Positions 20,107 to 30,900 of a stretch of 64,000 nt of DNA are shown here, piece after piece. Where the stretch lies: positions 5,888,001 to 5,952,000 of the forward strand of contig OZ223209.1 in NCBI GenBank assembly GCA_965140415.1. Direction: 5' to 3'. A model generated the notes under the pieces. That model worked only from the letters and a program-made list of their open reading frames with translations, did not search any database and had not been told where the DNA came from. The stretch is from Myxococcota bacterium (GTDB taxonomy: Bacteria > Myxococcota_A > SURF-8). The number at the start of each line of letters is the position of its first letter. The stretch's first letter is position 1. The position numbers and the translations under genes were made by a program.

Positions 20107-22842
20107 TTAGGGTCTCGCCTGACGGCGCAGGACCTTTTCAGACCCAATCGCTTCACCATCTTCCACTTTTTCAACCTTGATCGCGCAGACCTTGTACTCC
20201 GCCGTGTCCGAAACCGGATCGAAGGCGTCGTTGGTCAAGGCATTGCCGCAGGCTTTGGCGAAGTGGAAGGAACACCAGCAAACACCCTCGGGCGAACGGT
20301 CCGTCACCCAGGCCCGCAACGTGATTTCGCCACGGCGCGAAGACGCCCGCACCCAATCGCCGGATGTCACTCCCAGCCGTTCCGCGTCCGCAGGGCTGAT
20401 TTCCATCAACTCCTCGCCGAACAGCTCGTTGAGTCCGTTGCAGTGCTGCGTCTGGATAGTGTGGTAATGCCACAGGCGGCGGCCCGTGGATAGATAGAAA
20501 GGATACTCTTCATCCGGCGTTTCCGCCGGCGGACGATACTGCACCGCATGGAACAAGCCCTTCCCGCGCGTGAATTTGCCGCTTTTGTGCAGGAAGGGAA
20601 CTCCGGGATGCTCCAAGGTGGGCACCGGCCATTGCAGGCCGATGTCGTCGATGCGCTCCCAGGTGATGCCGTGATAGCTCGGTCCCAACTCCGCGATTTC
20701 ACGGAAAATACCTTCCGAACTTTCAAAGCCCATGTCGTATCCCATACGCTTGCCCAGTTCGTTCAACACCCACCAATGAGAGCGGGAATCGCCCGGCGGC
20801 GTCAGCGGACCGCGCACACGCTGCACGCGGCGCTCGGAGTTGGTGAAGGTGCCTTCTTCCTCACTCCAGGCTAGATCGGGAAATACGACATCCGCAAAGG
20901 GTGCGGTTTCGTTGTAGAAGATCTCGCCAACAACCAGGAACTCGCAATGTTCCAGCACCTTTTTCGTGTGAGCCATATTCGGCTCGGTCAGCAGTACATT
21001 TTCGCCGTAGATGTACAGGCTTTTTACTTTGTCTTCCAATACACCATCGAACATCTTGGGAATGGTCAAACCGTTTTTGTCGTCCAGCTTCTCCACTCCC
21101 CAGGCTTTCTGGAATTTCTCGCGAGCGGCGGGATCTTCCACTTTCTGGTAGCAATGGTAGACATTGGGCAACGCGCCCATATCGCAGGCACCCTGCACGT
21201 TATTCTGACCGCGTAGCGGATTGACGCCGCCGGCGTACTTGCCCACATTGCCCAACACCATCTGTAAGTTGGCGCAACTCTTGACATTATCCACGCCACA
21301 GGTGTGCTCGGTAATGCCCAGCGTGTAAATCAGAGAAGCCACATCGCTTTCACCCAGAGTGCGCGCGACTTCCTTGATGGTTTCCACCGGCACACCGGTG
21401 ATTTCGCTGGTGCGTTCGAGCGTATAGGCTTCGACCGTCGTTTTCAGCGCTTCATAATTCTCGGTATTCTCATCGATGTACGCCTGATCCTGCCAGCCGT
21501 TGGCGATGATTTCCCGCATCAATCCATTTAGATAGGCGACATCCGAGCCCGGCTTGATGCGGACATACTTCGTCGCCCAGCGGCACAGATCGATCTTGCG
21601 CGGATCGTTGACGATCAGGGTGGCACCCTTTTTCACCGCACGTTTGATGTAGTACGAAATAACCGGGTGCGCCTCTGTCGTATTCGACCCGATCACGAAC
21701 AACAATTTCGCGTTTTCCAATTCCTGAATGGAATTGGTCATCGCTCCCGAACCAAAGCTTGCCGCCAGACCGGCGACCGTGGGAGCGTGTCAAGTCCGTG
21801 CGCAGTGATCGACGTTATTCGTCCCCATCACCGCGCGTGTAAATTTCATCATTGCGTAATTGTTTTCGTTGGTCGTCCGGGCGCAGGAAATCGACGCGAA
21901 AGACTGCTCGCCGTGCTTGGCCTTGATATCGGACAACCTCTTGGCGGTATAGTCTAATGCCTCCTCCCAGGAGACTTCGACGTGCCGCCCATCCTTTTTG
22001 ATCAGCGGTGTGGTCAACCGCTTGGGATGACTCGGGAATTCGTAGGCAAAGCGACCCTTGACGCACAACATGCCGTCGTTTGGCGGAATGTCTTCTCGAC
22101 CGGAAACGCGCACGATGCGGTTTTTCGCTTTGTCCACATGCAGGGTCATCTGACAGCCGACGCCGCAATAGGGACAGGTCGTATCCACCTTCTCCAGTTC
22201 CCATTCGCGTCCGGTGACCATCGCCTTCTTTTCCGTGATGGCCGCCGTCGGGCAGAGCTGGACGCATTCGCCGCACTGCACGCAACTGCTGTCGATCATC
22301 GGAACGCCGGTATCGCAGACCACCTGCGTATTGTAGCCGCGCTTGGCGAAGGTCAATACTTCGTTGACGACCACACTGTTGCAGGCTTCGATACAGCGAC
22401 CGCAGACGATGCATTTGTTCGGATTCATCACGATCATCTGCGAGCTTTTATCCATCGGGCGTTTCGGCTCGTCGAAGATCGGATATTCCTTGATGCCCAG
22501 CCAGTAGGCGGCGTCCTGCAATTCGCAACGACCGTTAGCCTCGCAGACCATGCAGTTGTGGTGACCGTTGCTGATCAGGTTTTCCACGATCACGCGCCGG
22601 GCTTTGAAAACCCGCTCGTTTTCGCTGTGTACCACCATGCCTTCTTTGGCGGGCACGGTGCAGGAGGTCTGCAAACCGCGCATACCTTCGATTTCCACCA
22701 CGCAAGCTCGACAGCGGCTGGCTGCGCCGGTCTTTTTATGCCAGCACAGGGTAGGGATGTAGATTCCATTCGCACGCGCCACCTCCAGGACGGTTTGTCC
22801 TTGCTCGAAGGTGAACGAGCGACCATCAATTGTAAGCTTCAT
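20107..22842 (-). CDS. fdhA: Selenocysteine-containing formate dehydrogenase alpha subunit (911 aa) with N-terminal Fe-S domains
   Basis: The two track ORFs are in frame and joined by UGA at 21790..21792: DHCART-U-HAPTVAGL...GAMTNS; CPYCGVGC, LCVKG, LRGQNNVQG. Confidence 0.95.
21761..21792 (-). promoter_or_regulatory. UGA-Sec codon and bacterial SECIS hairpin
   Basis: UGA CAC GCU CCC ACG then GUCGCC-GGUCU-GGCGGC hairpin, with the same layout as the E. coli fdhF SECIS. Confidence 0.88.
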
Positions 22843-22912
22843 TACCCCTCCTTCCTTACAAAGTGCAGCCTAAAGTTATCTGAAATCCGTCAATGAAACA
22901 CGTCGATTATAT

Positions 22913-23779
22913 TCAGCTTTCTCCCAATGCCCTCAAGCGTTGCGAAGGCGCTTGATTCGGTACGGAGAGGTTTTCGCATTCAAAACGAAAATGACCGCTA
23001 TACACGTTCATCCGTCCCGGACGCACGAAGGCGGCCAAGGAAAGCCCGGTATGATTTGCCAGTTCCACCGCCATACCGGTCGGTCCGGAAGTGGCAGCCA
23101 GGACGGCCACTCCTGCACGGGCGGCTTTTTGCACCAGTTCGAAACTGGCTCTGCTACTGACAAAAGCCAGCGCCGCCTGCGGCAAGCTTCCCTGTAAAAA
23201 CGCCGCGCCGATCGCTTTATCCAGCGCATTGTGACGACCGACATCTTCCGCGAAAGCGAGCAGCTCTCCATCTACCTGAAACAGACCCGCCGCATGGGTA
23301 CTGCCGGTTTCGGCGAATAGCGGCTGGTGGTCTTCCAGTTGTTCCCGGCAACGTTGCAAAACATCGAAGTGGAAGCGTTCGATTCGAGTAACCGGAGCGA
23401 TGGAAACGGACAGATCCTCCACAAGTTGCTTTCCACATAACGCGCAACTGGAACGCACGAGCGATGGCGAGCGGGTCAACAGATGGGCCACCTGTTCGTA
23501 GCGTTCTTGCGTCAATTCAATAAACACCCGGTTTCCCGAGTCTTTACAACAAGTAATGCTCGTCAAATCCGAAAGATTATCGATGTATCCTTCCGATAGA
23601 CAGAGACCGGCGGCCAGCGCTTCGTCCTGACCGGGCGTTCGCAAGGTCACGAGAATCGGCTGGTTTTGAATGAAAATCTGTAAGGGTTCTTCAACAGCGA
23701 CCCGATCGGGTCCGCGTTCCGTTCGGCCATCGCAGACTCGCTCTACGACTACCCCGCAGGTTGTGAATCGACTGTCCAT
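22913..23779 (-). CDS. fdhD: Formate dehydrogenase accessory sulfurtransferase FdhD
   Basis: AVEEPL, RTPG, SSCALCG, TGSTHAA, EDVGRHNALDK, SSRASFELVQK. Confidence 0.93.
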   Translation of the reverse strand: MDSRFTTCGVVVERVCDGRTERGPDRVAVEEPLQIFIQNQPILVTLRTPGQDEALAAGLCLSEGYIDNLSDLTSITCCKDSGNRVFIELTQERYEQVAHLLTRSPSLVRSSCALCGKQLVEDLSVSIAPVTRIERFHFDVLQRCREQLEDHQPLFAETGSTHAAGLFQVDGELLAFAEDVGRHNALDKAIGAAFLQGSLPQAALAFVSSRASFELVQKAARAGVAVLAATSGPTGMAVELANHTGLSLAAFVRPGRMNVYSGHFRFECENLSVPNQAPSQRLRALGES

Positions 23780-23964
23780 GCCGGTTTCCGTGTGAAATCC
23801 GTCGCAACCGGAAAGGCGGTTGCCGAGCCGGAAAGGTGATTGTTCGGAAAACCTACAACACTGACACCGTGACTAAATTCTGATGACACGATACATCAAA
23901 ATCATGATCGGCGCAAGCGTCTCCCCCTTTTTCATCATTTTATAGAGTAGAATGAACGAAAAAT

Positions 23965-24001
23965 AGCCATGGCGCTCCACACGGAGAAAACGCCATGGCT
24001 A
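23965..24001 (-). terminator. Terminator downstream of slyD
   Basis: tagccatggcg ... cgccatggcta stem, with U-run on the minus strand. Confidence 0.65.
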
Positions 24002-24038
24002 CAGGATATTACGGAAAAGTCGGATTACGCCAATCGCT

Positions 24039-24536
24039 TTAGTTGCTCTTTTCGGGGCTGTCCGTTCCCATCAGCGGAGCGGCGGCGTTCATCAACTCGT
24101 CTTCGGTGGCCGGACGCACTTCACGCACGGTAATTTCATATTGAAGGGCCTGACCTGCCAGGGGATGATTCGCATCCAGTACCACTTCTTCAGAGGTGAT
24201 ATCGTGCACCGTCAGTTTGATCTGCTCTCCCCGATCGTTGACGGCGTCGAAGGTCGAACCCACGCTCAGTGGAACTTCTTCGGGAATTTCCATGCGCGGA
24301 ACCGTTACCACCAAGCCTTCATCGCGTTGGCCATAGGCTTCTTCGGCAATCAGGCTTACATCGAATTTGTCGCCAGCCTCATGATTTTTCATGCGTTTTT
24401 CAAGTCCCGGAATCAGCATCTGATAACCGAAAATGAAAGAAGGGGGATTATCCACCCGCGAGGCTTCGATCAGCTCTCCCTCTTCGTTGCGAAGTACGTA
24501 CTCGAATACTACAAAACTGTTCCGGTCGATTTTCAT
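24039..24536 (-). CDS. slyD: FKBP-type PPIase, SlyD-like
   Basis: LIPGLE, EEAYG, DANHPLAG, VRPATEDEL; no His-rich tail. Confidence 0.88.
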   Translation of the reverse strand: MKIDRNSFVVFEYVLRNEEGELIEASRVDNPPSFIFGYQMLIPGLEKRMKNHEAGDKFDVSLIAEEAYGQRDEGLVVTVPRMEIPEEVPLSVGSTFDAVNDRGEQIKLTVHDITSEEVVLDANHPLAGQALQYEITVREVRPATEDELMNAAAPLMGTDSPEKSN

Positions 24537-24896
24537 GGCCTCGCTCCCTTGAATTAGTTCAGACCGGAATTTTATGCGAGTTATCTTTCGCCGACCGGTC
24601 TATTCTGAAACACGCCTCACCCATACCGCATCCCTTTGGCTAGTGCAACGCTTTTTTCCACTTCTTTCCCATTCCGTAAAGTTTCTTACAATCGTGTCCA
24701 TTCCTCTTGCTTTCTAAGCATGGACAGGTAGAATCAAAACAGGTTCGGGAAGTAATGGATTCGGAAGGGGAAAGCGAGCCGAATGAAAGACAACAGTCGG
24801 CAACTCGGCTTTTTGGCCAATTAGGGACGAAGTCATTTTCCCTTGTTAAACAGGTAATGTTAAGCAGCCTTTTCATTGTAGACAAATGGGGATTGC

Positions 24897-27662
24897 ATGG
24901 CTCGCGTACTGGTGGTAGACGATGAAAAAGGAATGCGGTTTACGCTAAACGAATTTCTGACTCAGCAAAACCACGTCGTGTACGCTGCCCGAGAGGGCAA
25001 CGAAGCACTTGAATTAGCCAGGGAGATCGAACTGGATGTCGCCCTGGTGGATATCATTCTGCCCGGTATGGACGGGGTGGAACTGCTGGGCGAATTGAAA
25101 AAGCTGCAAGAGGATCTGCAAATTATCCTGATGTCCGGTGAACCGACTGTCGATACCGCCATTCGTGCCATGCGCGCCGGGGCTTTCGATTTTCTTTCCA
25201 AACCCGTCCCTCTAAACGCCATCCAGCGCATCGTCGGTCAGGCCATGCAGGTCAAAAGCCTGAAAGATGAAAACAAGCGGCTGTGGCGGGAAAACGAGCG
25301 GCATCGGGAAAACCTGGAAGAAATGATTCGGGAGCGTACGCAGCAGCTTCGGGATTCCGAGCAGCGCTTCCGTCAGTTTTTCGAAGCCGGACTGGAAGGT
25401 CTGCTTTTCCACGATCAGGGACGTATTCTGGATGCCAACAGCTCCTTGCTGAACATGTTCGGATACGAGGCGACTCCGGGAATCGTCGGCACAGGTGTGC
25501 TAAACCTGCTTGCTGGTGAAACCGACACGGAAGTCCTGAAGCAGATCGACGCCGAATTAAAGGAGCCAACCGGAAAAATACTGGAAGCACTGGGTCAACA
25601 GCGGGAAGGGCGGCAGTTCAACATCGAAATCTCTTCCCATCCGTTTCCGACCAAAGACGATGTGACCGGCGTTGTCGTCGTGCGCGACATCACCCTTCGC
25701 AAAACCGCTCAACACGCACTGGGCGAAAGCGAACAAAAACTGGATCTGATCACGCGCAACATGAACGACATGGTCAGCCTGGCAGACAACAACCTTCGTT
25801 TCGTTTACGTCAGTCCCTCCCACACGCTGCACCTGGGGTATGCAGAGGAAGAACTGCTGGGCAAGTCGGTCTTCGAGTACCTGTGCCCGGAAGATCTGGA
25901 AACGGTTACCGACAAACTGACCGAAAGCATGTTGACCAACGAAGCACGTCATGCCGACTACCGCTTTCGCCATAAAGACGGACATCTGGTCTGGATACGC
26001 ACTTCCGGCGGTTTCATTCAGGATGAAAGCGGTCGACGCGTGGGAGCCGTGTTCAGTTCCCAGGATATCACCGAATACCGGCGTACCGAAATGGCCTTAC
26101 GACAGAGCGAGGAACGCTATCGCACTATCACCGAAACATCCAAAGATATCATCTGGTATTACGATCTGGCGAAAAGACACTTCAGTTTCACTTCTAAAGC
26201 CGTAACGGACCTGCTTGGATATTCGCTCGAAGAGGTTGAAGGATATACACTGGTGGATATCCTTACTCATGATTCCGCCAAAATGGCGACAGCCGCTTTA
26301 AACGATTTGATCGCCGACAATTCCCCTGAAAAACAGGTGCTAATTCAAGCTGAACACATACATAAAGATGGTCATCTCGTCTGGTTGGAGGTCAGTGGTT
26401 CGCTTATTTTAGATGAGCAGGACCAGCCGATTGCCGTGGCGGGCATCTCGCGCGATATCACAGAACGGCGCGAGAAAGAAAGATTGAAGAACCGGCTTCG
26501 CGAAACCCAGAAAATGGAAGCCTTGGCCAGATTGGCCGACGGCGTTGCCTATGACTTCTCCGGTCTGCTGGGCGCCATCGACGAGCGCCTGCAACGGTTG
26601 TTACTGGACCGACCGGACGATGCGGAATTGAAACAGACCGTGCAGGGGATACTTGATCTCACGCAACGGGGCGGCGATCTGACCCATCGCCTGTTGACGA
26701 TCAGCCGCAAACAGCGAATCGAAATGCAGCCGGTATCCGTCAATTCCATGCTGGACGATCTGACCGGGGTCGTCTGCCAGGTGCTGGGCGAAAAGATCCA
26801 GCTTCAACAAACACTGGCGGAAGATCTGGCGACCATTTCGGCAGATCCCGCTCAATTGGAACAGGTGATTCTAACTCTTGCTTTGCGCGCCCGTGCAGAT
26901 ATGGAAGAGGGCGGACGCTTCTTCATCCAGACCACCCAGGTTTTCCTGGAAGAAAATGTCAACTGGGAAAATCCGGCGATGAAATCGGGTGACTACGTTA
27001 CGATCGTGCTTTCCGATACCGGACGCGGCTTGGATGACGAACAGAAAACGCACGTTTTCGAACCTTTCTTCGAGCAGTCACCCGAAACAGGACAAACGGG
27101 GTTGGGGCTGGCCATGGTCTATGGAATCGTTCGGCAGCACGGCGGAATGATTCACGTGTATTCCGAGCCGGATAAAGGCACGACCTTCCGCCTGTATTTT
27201 CCAACGGTTTCCGCAAACGAGCAGGGCATTCAGCAAAACGAAAAGCAACTGCCGCTTCCCACCGGCAAGGAAACCATTCTACTGGTCGAGGATGACAGCT
27301 CCTTGCGTGAACTGATGAAACAAACATTGCAGGGATTGGGTTATACCGTCATCGAAAGCTCTTCCGCCGAGCAAGCCTTGCAAAAAAGCGAAGAAGCCGC
27401 TTTGGCAATCGACCTGATGGTGACCGATCTCGTGCTTCCCGGCCTTGACGGTCAGGGTCTGACCCGGGAAATGCTCTTGCGTCGCCCGAACCTTGCCGTA
27501 CTGCTCATTTCCGGCTACAGTCAGGAACTGGTGCTGTATCACGGCATGCTCACCCAACGCACACAGTTCCTTTCCAAGCCTTTCAGTCCGCGCACACTTG
27601 CCTTTAAAATCCGCCAGATTCTGGATGACGGCAATGACGTGGCGGAAGAGCGGCTCAGCTAG
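24897..27662 (+). CDS. Hybrid sensor REC-3xPAS-HisKA/HATPase-REC with degenerate kinase motifs
   Basis: REC (VDDE..DIILPGMDG..KP), PAS domains ending RDIT/QDIT/RDIT, H-box GVAYDFSG, DTGRG, FEPFF, TGLGL, C-terminal REC (VEDD..TDLVLP..KP). Confidence 0.9.
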   Translation: MARVLVVDDEKGMRFTLNEFLTQQNHVVYAAREGNEALELAREIELDVALVDIILPGMDGVELLGELKKLQEDLQIILMSGEPTVDTAIRAMRAGAFDFLSKPVPLNAIQRIVGQAMQVKSLKDENKRLWRENERHRENLEEMIRERTQQLRDSEQRFRQFFEAGLEGLLFHDQGRILDANSSLLNMFGYEATPGIVGTGVLNLLAGETDTEVLKQIDAELKEPTGKILEALGQQREGRQFNIEISSHPFPTKDDVTGVVVVRDITLRKTAQHALGESEQKLDLITRNMNDMVSLADNNLRFVYVSPSHTLHLGYAEEELLGKSVFEYLCPEDLETVTDKLTESMLTNEARHADYRFRHKDGHLVWIRTSGGFIQDESGRRVGAVFSSQDITEYRRTEMALRQSEERYRTITETSKDIIWYYDLAKRHFSFTSKAVTDLLGYSLEEVEGYTLVDILTHDSAKMATAALNDLIADNSPEKQVLIQAEHIHKDGHLVWLEVSGSLILDEQDQPIAVAGISRDITERREKERLKNRLRETQKMEALARLADGVAYDFSGLLGAIDERLQRLLLDRPDDAELKQTVQGILDLTQRGGDLTHRLLTISRKQRIEMQPVSVNSMLDDLTGVVCQVLGEKIQLQQTLAEDLATISADPAQLEQVILTLALRARADMEEGGRFFIQTTQVFLEENVNWENPAMKSGDYVTIVLSDTGRGLDDEQKTHVFEPFFEQSPETGQTGLGLAMVYGIVRQHGGMIHVYSEPDKGTTFRLYFPTVSANEQGIQQNEKQLPLPTGKETILLVEDDSSLRELMKQTLQGLGYTVIESSSAEQALQKSEEAALAIDLMVTDLVLPGLDGQGLTREMLLRRPNLAVLLISGYSQELVLYHGMLTQRTQFLSKPFSPRTLAFKIRQILDDGNDVAEERLS

Positions 27663-27918
27663 CGGTCATCTAAACACCAGCTTCATCCTCACTGTGATAC
27701 TGAATTCGATCCTATATCTCATCGATTCCGTTAGAGATTCCGTATCACGTATGGAATAACATCCACATTTCAAATGTTATTGAGATGGGTTGTTGAGGTA
27801 GCTCTGCCGCTGGCAATATGGTATCTTATTAGAACGACTTGCAGTCGCAATACGGGTTGAATCAGATCGTAACCGGTCCTCCATCGGAAGGCCCATCGAG
27901 TGGGACAGGAGTCTATTC

Positions 27919-30900
27919 TTGCATGTGACACAGAAAAGCCATGACTGGCTGAACCGTTGTATCCGGGTTTGTCTTTGTTTGTTGATTCTGTTGCCGGTGC
28001 CTGCACTGGCGCAAACCTACGAGCAACGGTTTTCGAAATTGCAGCACCAGATCGAACGTGCGCCTCAACGACCCCAGGCCGTTTTGGAACTGGATCAACT
28101 GGTCGATCTGGCCAACAACGTCGAGAATCCGGAGCGTATCTACCAACTTGCCCGAAAGATTCTGGCGAACAAGCGCAGCAGTTTACAGCTTCGCCTGGAT
28201 GCCCGCTGGCAACTTTGGGAAGAAGCCTGGCGCAGTGGCGATACCGAAACGATTGAACGGGCGCTTGCTCAACTGGGGCAGATCACGCGCTGGAAGGTCA
28301 TCGGCCCCTTCGACAACGAAGGCGGCAACGGTTTCGACACCGAATATCCGCCCGAAAAGGAATACGACCCGGAAGCCCTGTATCCGGGCAAAGTGCGCGA
28401 TGTCGGCTGGCGGAATTTTCCCGCAATTTCGCAACTGGAAGGCTACCAGAACTTCCGTGTGATTTTTACGCCCGAGTCCAACAGCACCGCCTATGCCATG
28501 GCGCGTGTGTACGCAGCTAAAACGCAGAAAGCGCTATTGGTTCTGGCCGCCGGAGGTTCGCTCAAACTCTGGCATAATGGAGAACAAGTCGCCGCCTGGT
28601 CGGAAGAGCGACCCGCCCGGCGCATTCAAACGGTGGTTCCTATTACCCTGAAACGTGGCATCAACACCCTGCTCGTCAAAGTCAATGGACGCGAAGGCGA
28701 CTGGGGTTTCCGTGTGGGATTGTTGAACGCAAAAGGGCAAGCGTTACCGAAGCTTCCCGGACTGACGCCCGGTGAGACATCCGACCGGCGTGCGCCTTTC
28801 CCCGCCGACAAACAGACGTTGCGCCTGCGCAACACCCGCCCGAATAAGGAACTTCCTTTGGCCGTGCAACGGTTAAAGCGAGCATTTAAAAAGCATCCCG
28901 ATGTCAAGGGCGCGTTATCCATCAGCCAACTACACGAGCGGCGGCGCGCATTCGAACCGGAAAAGAAGCTGCACGAAGAATGGGCCGAGAAGGCCTTGGA
29001 ACTGGATGGCAGCAATGCCGAAGCGCTTTTGTGGTGCGCAAACGTGTTCGGCAATCACAACCGACGCTACGCCTGCCTGTCGCAGGGGCGCAGCCTGTAT
29101 CCCAAAGATGGCCGCTTCTCCTTGGCGTTGGCCAGCTTCCTGCAAAAAGAAGGTCAGGATCTGCAAGCCGGAAATCTGCTGACTACCATAAGCGACGATC
29201 CCTGGGTGGATATCGAAGCCGTGGAAAAGCGGATCGAAATGTACAACGAACACAGTCAACCCGCCCTGGCGCTGCAACTCGCACGGGAACTGCGAAAACG
29301 CTATCCGCAGGTGCGGCAAAGCGCCATCATTCTGGCCAAGCAACTGGAACGCATGAACCTGGATGACGAATCCCTGCCGATACGCATGAGCCTTGCCAAT
29401 AGCAATAAAGGTGCTCTTGCCACTCTGCACTGGATCTACTCGTATCATTACCGACGCCGCGATCTGGACACCGCGCAGCAATGGCTGCAAAAGATGATCG
29501 AACTGGACCCGGCGCAGATCATGAACCGGGTGCGGCTGTCCCGCCTGTATCAGGCGCAGGAAAAATTCGACGAAGCACGCAACTGCCTGCAACAGGCGCT
29601 CGACATCTCGCCGGAAGACACCACACTGATCGATCGGTTGGCGGAGTTGGAACATCGCATGGGGCGCAGCGATCTGGCCATGGAACTGTGGCGGCGTTCG
29701 CTGGAAATCATGCCGCAAAATCCCACGTTGAAGGAATATCTGCGTTTGTTGGAGCCGCAGACCGCCAGCTTCGAAAATGCCTATCGTCGCGAACTGGAAG
29801 CTTTGGTGCAAGCGTACCCAGCCGATGTCGACAGCGAGGAAATGGCCGAAGAACTGTTGGAACTGAAAGTGTTCAAGGTCTTCGCCAACGGCCTGTCCAG
29901 CCATTTCCACCAGCAGGTGGTGCGCGTCTACACGCAGGGCGGCATCGACCGCTACCGCCGTTTCTACGTTCGCTATTCGCCGGATCGGCAGGAAGTGCGT
30001 ATTTTAAAGGCGCGGGTGCTGCGCCCGGACGGGGAGATCGTCGAGCGTTACGACGAGGATGACCGCAGCGTCAACCGCTCCTACAAACTGTACCACGACT
30101 ACCGGGTGCACGTGGTCGATTTCCCGGATCTGCAACCGGGCGATGTGGTGGAGTTGCAATACCGGCTGGACGACATCGCCGCTGACAACCTGTTCTCCGA
30201 CTATTTCGGTAATTTAAGCATGATGCAGGGCGCGGTGCCGATTCGGGACATGCAACTCGTCTACCTGATTCCCAAGGAAAAACCCTTATACTACAACCAC
30301 CCTGCTCTGAAACCCGAGCCGCAGATTCAGCAACTCGATGGCCTGATCGAATACAACTGGCACGTAACCGACATTCCCAAAATTCGCTACGAGGCTGCCA
30401 GCCCGCCGCAGGTGGAAATCGCCGATTATCTGCACGTCAGCACCTTTAAAGACATCGACGCGTTGGGCAACTGGTACTGGGGGCTGATCAAAGAGCAGTT
30501 CGTGCCCAAAGAAGCCTTAAAGAAAAAGGCGCGGGAAATCACGGCGGACTTGAGCGATCCGCTGGAGAAGATCAAGGCGATTTACGCCTGGGTGGTGCAG
30601 AACACCCGCTACGTTGGGTTGGAATTCGGTATCCACAGTTTCAAACCCTACCAGGTCAACCAGATTTACGAACGCAAGTTCGGCGACTGTAAGGACAAGG
30701 CCACCCTGATGATCACCCTGCTGCGCGAAGCGGGCATCCGTGCCTGGATGACGATTATCCGTACCAGCAATCTGGGGCAGATCGCCACCTATCCGCCGTC
30801 ATTGGCCATGTTCAACCATGCCATCGTTTACCTGCCCGACTACGACCTATACCTCGACGGCACCGCCGAATTCTCCGGTCCCTTCGAGTTGCCCTATCAG

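Noticed and set aside
20107-22842. fdhA pseudogene or two separate genes
   Set aside because: Explained by Sec recoding.
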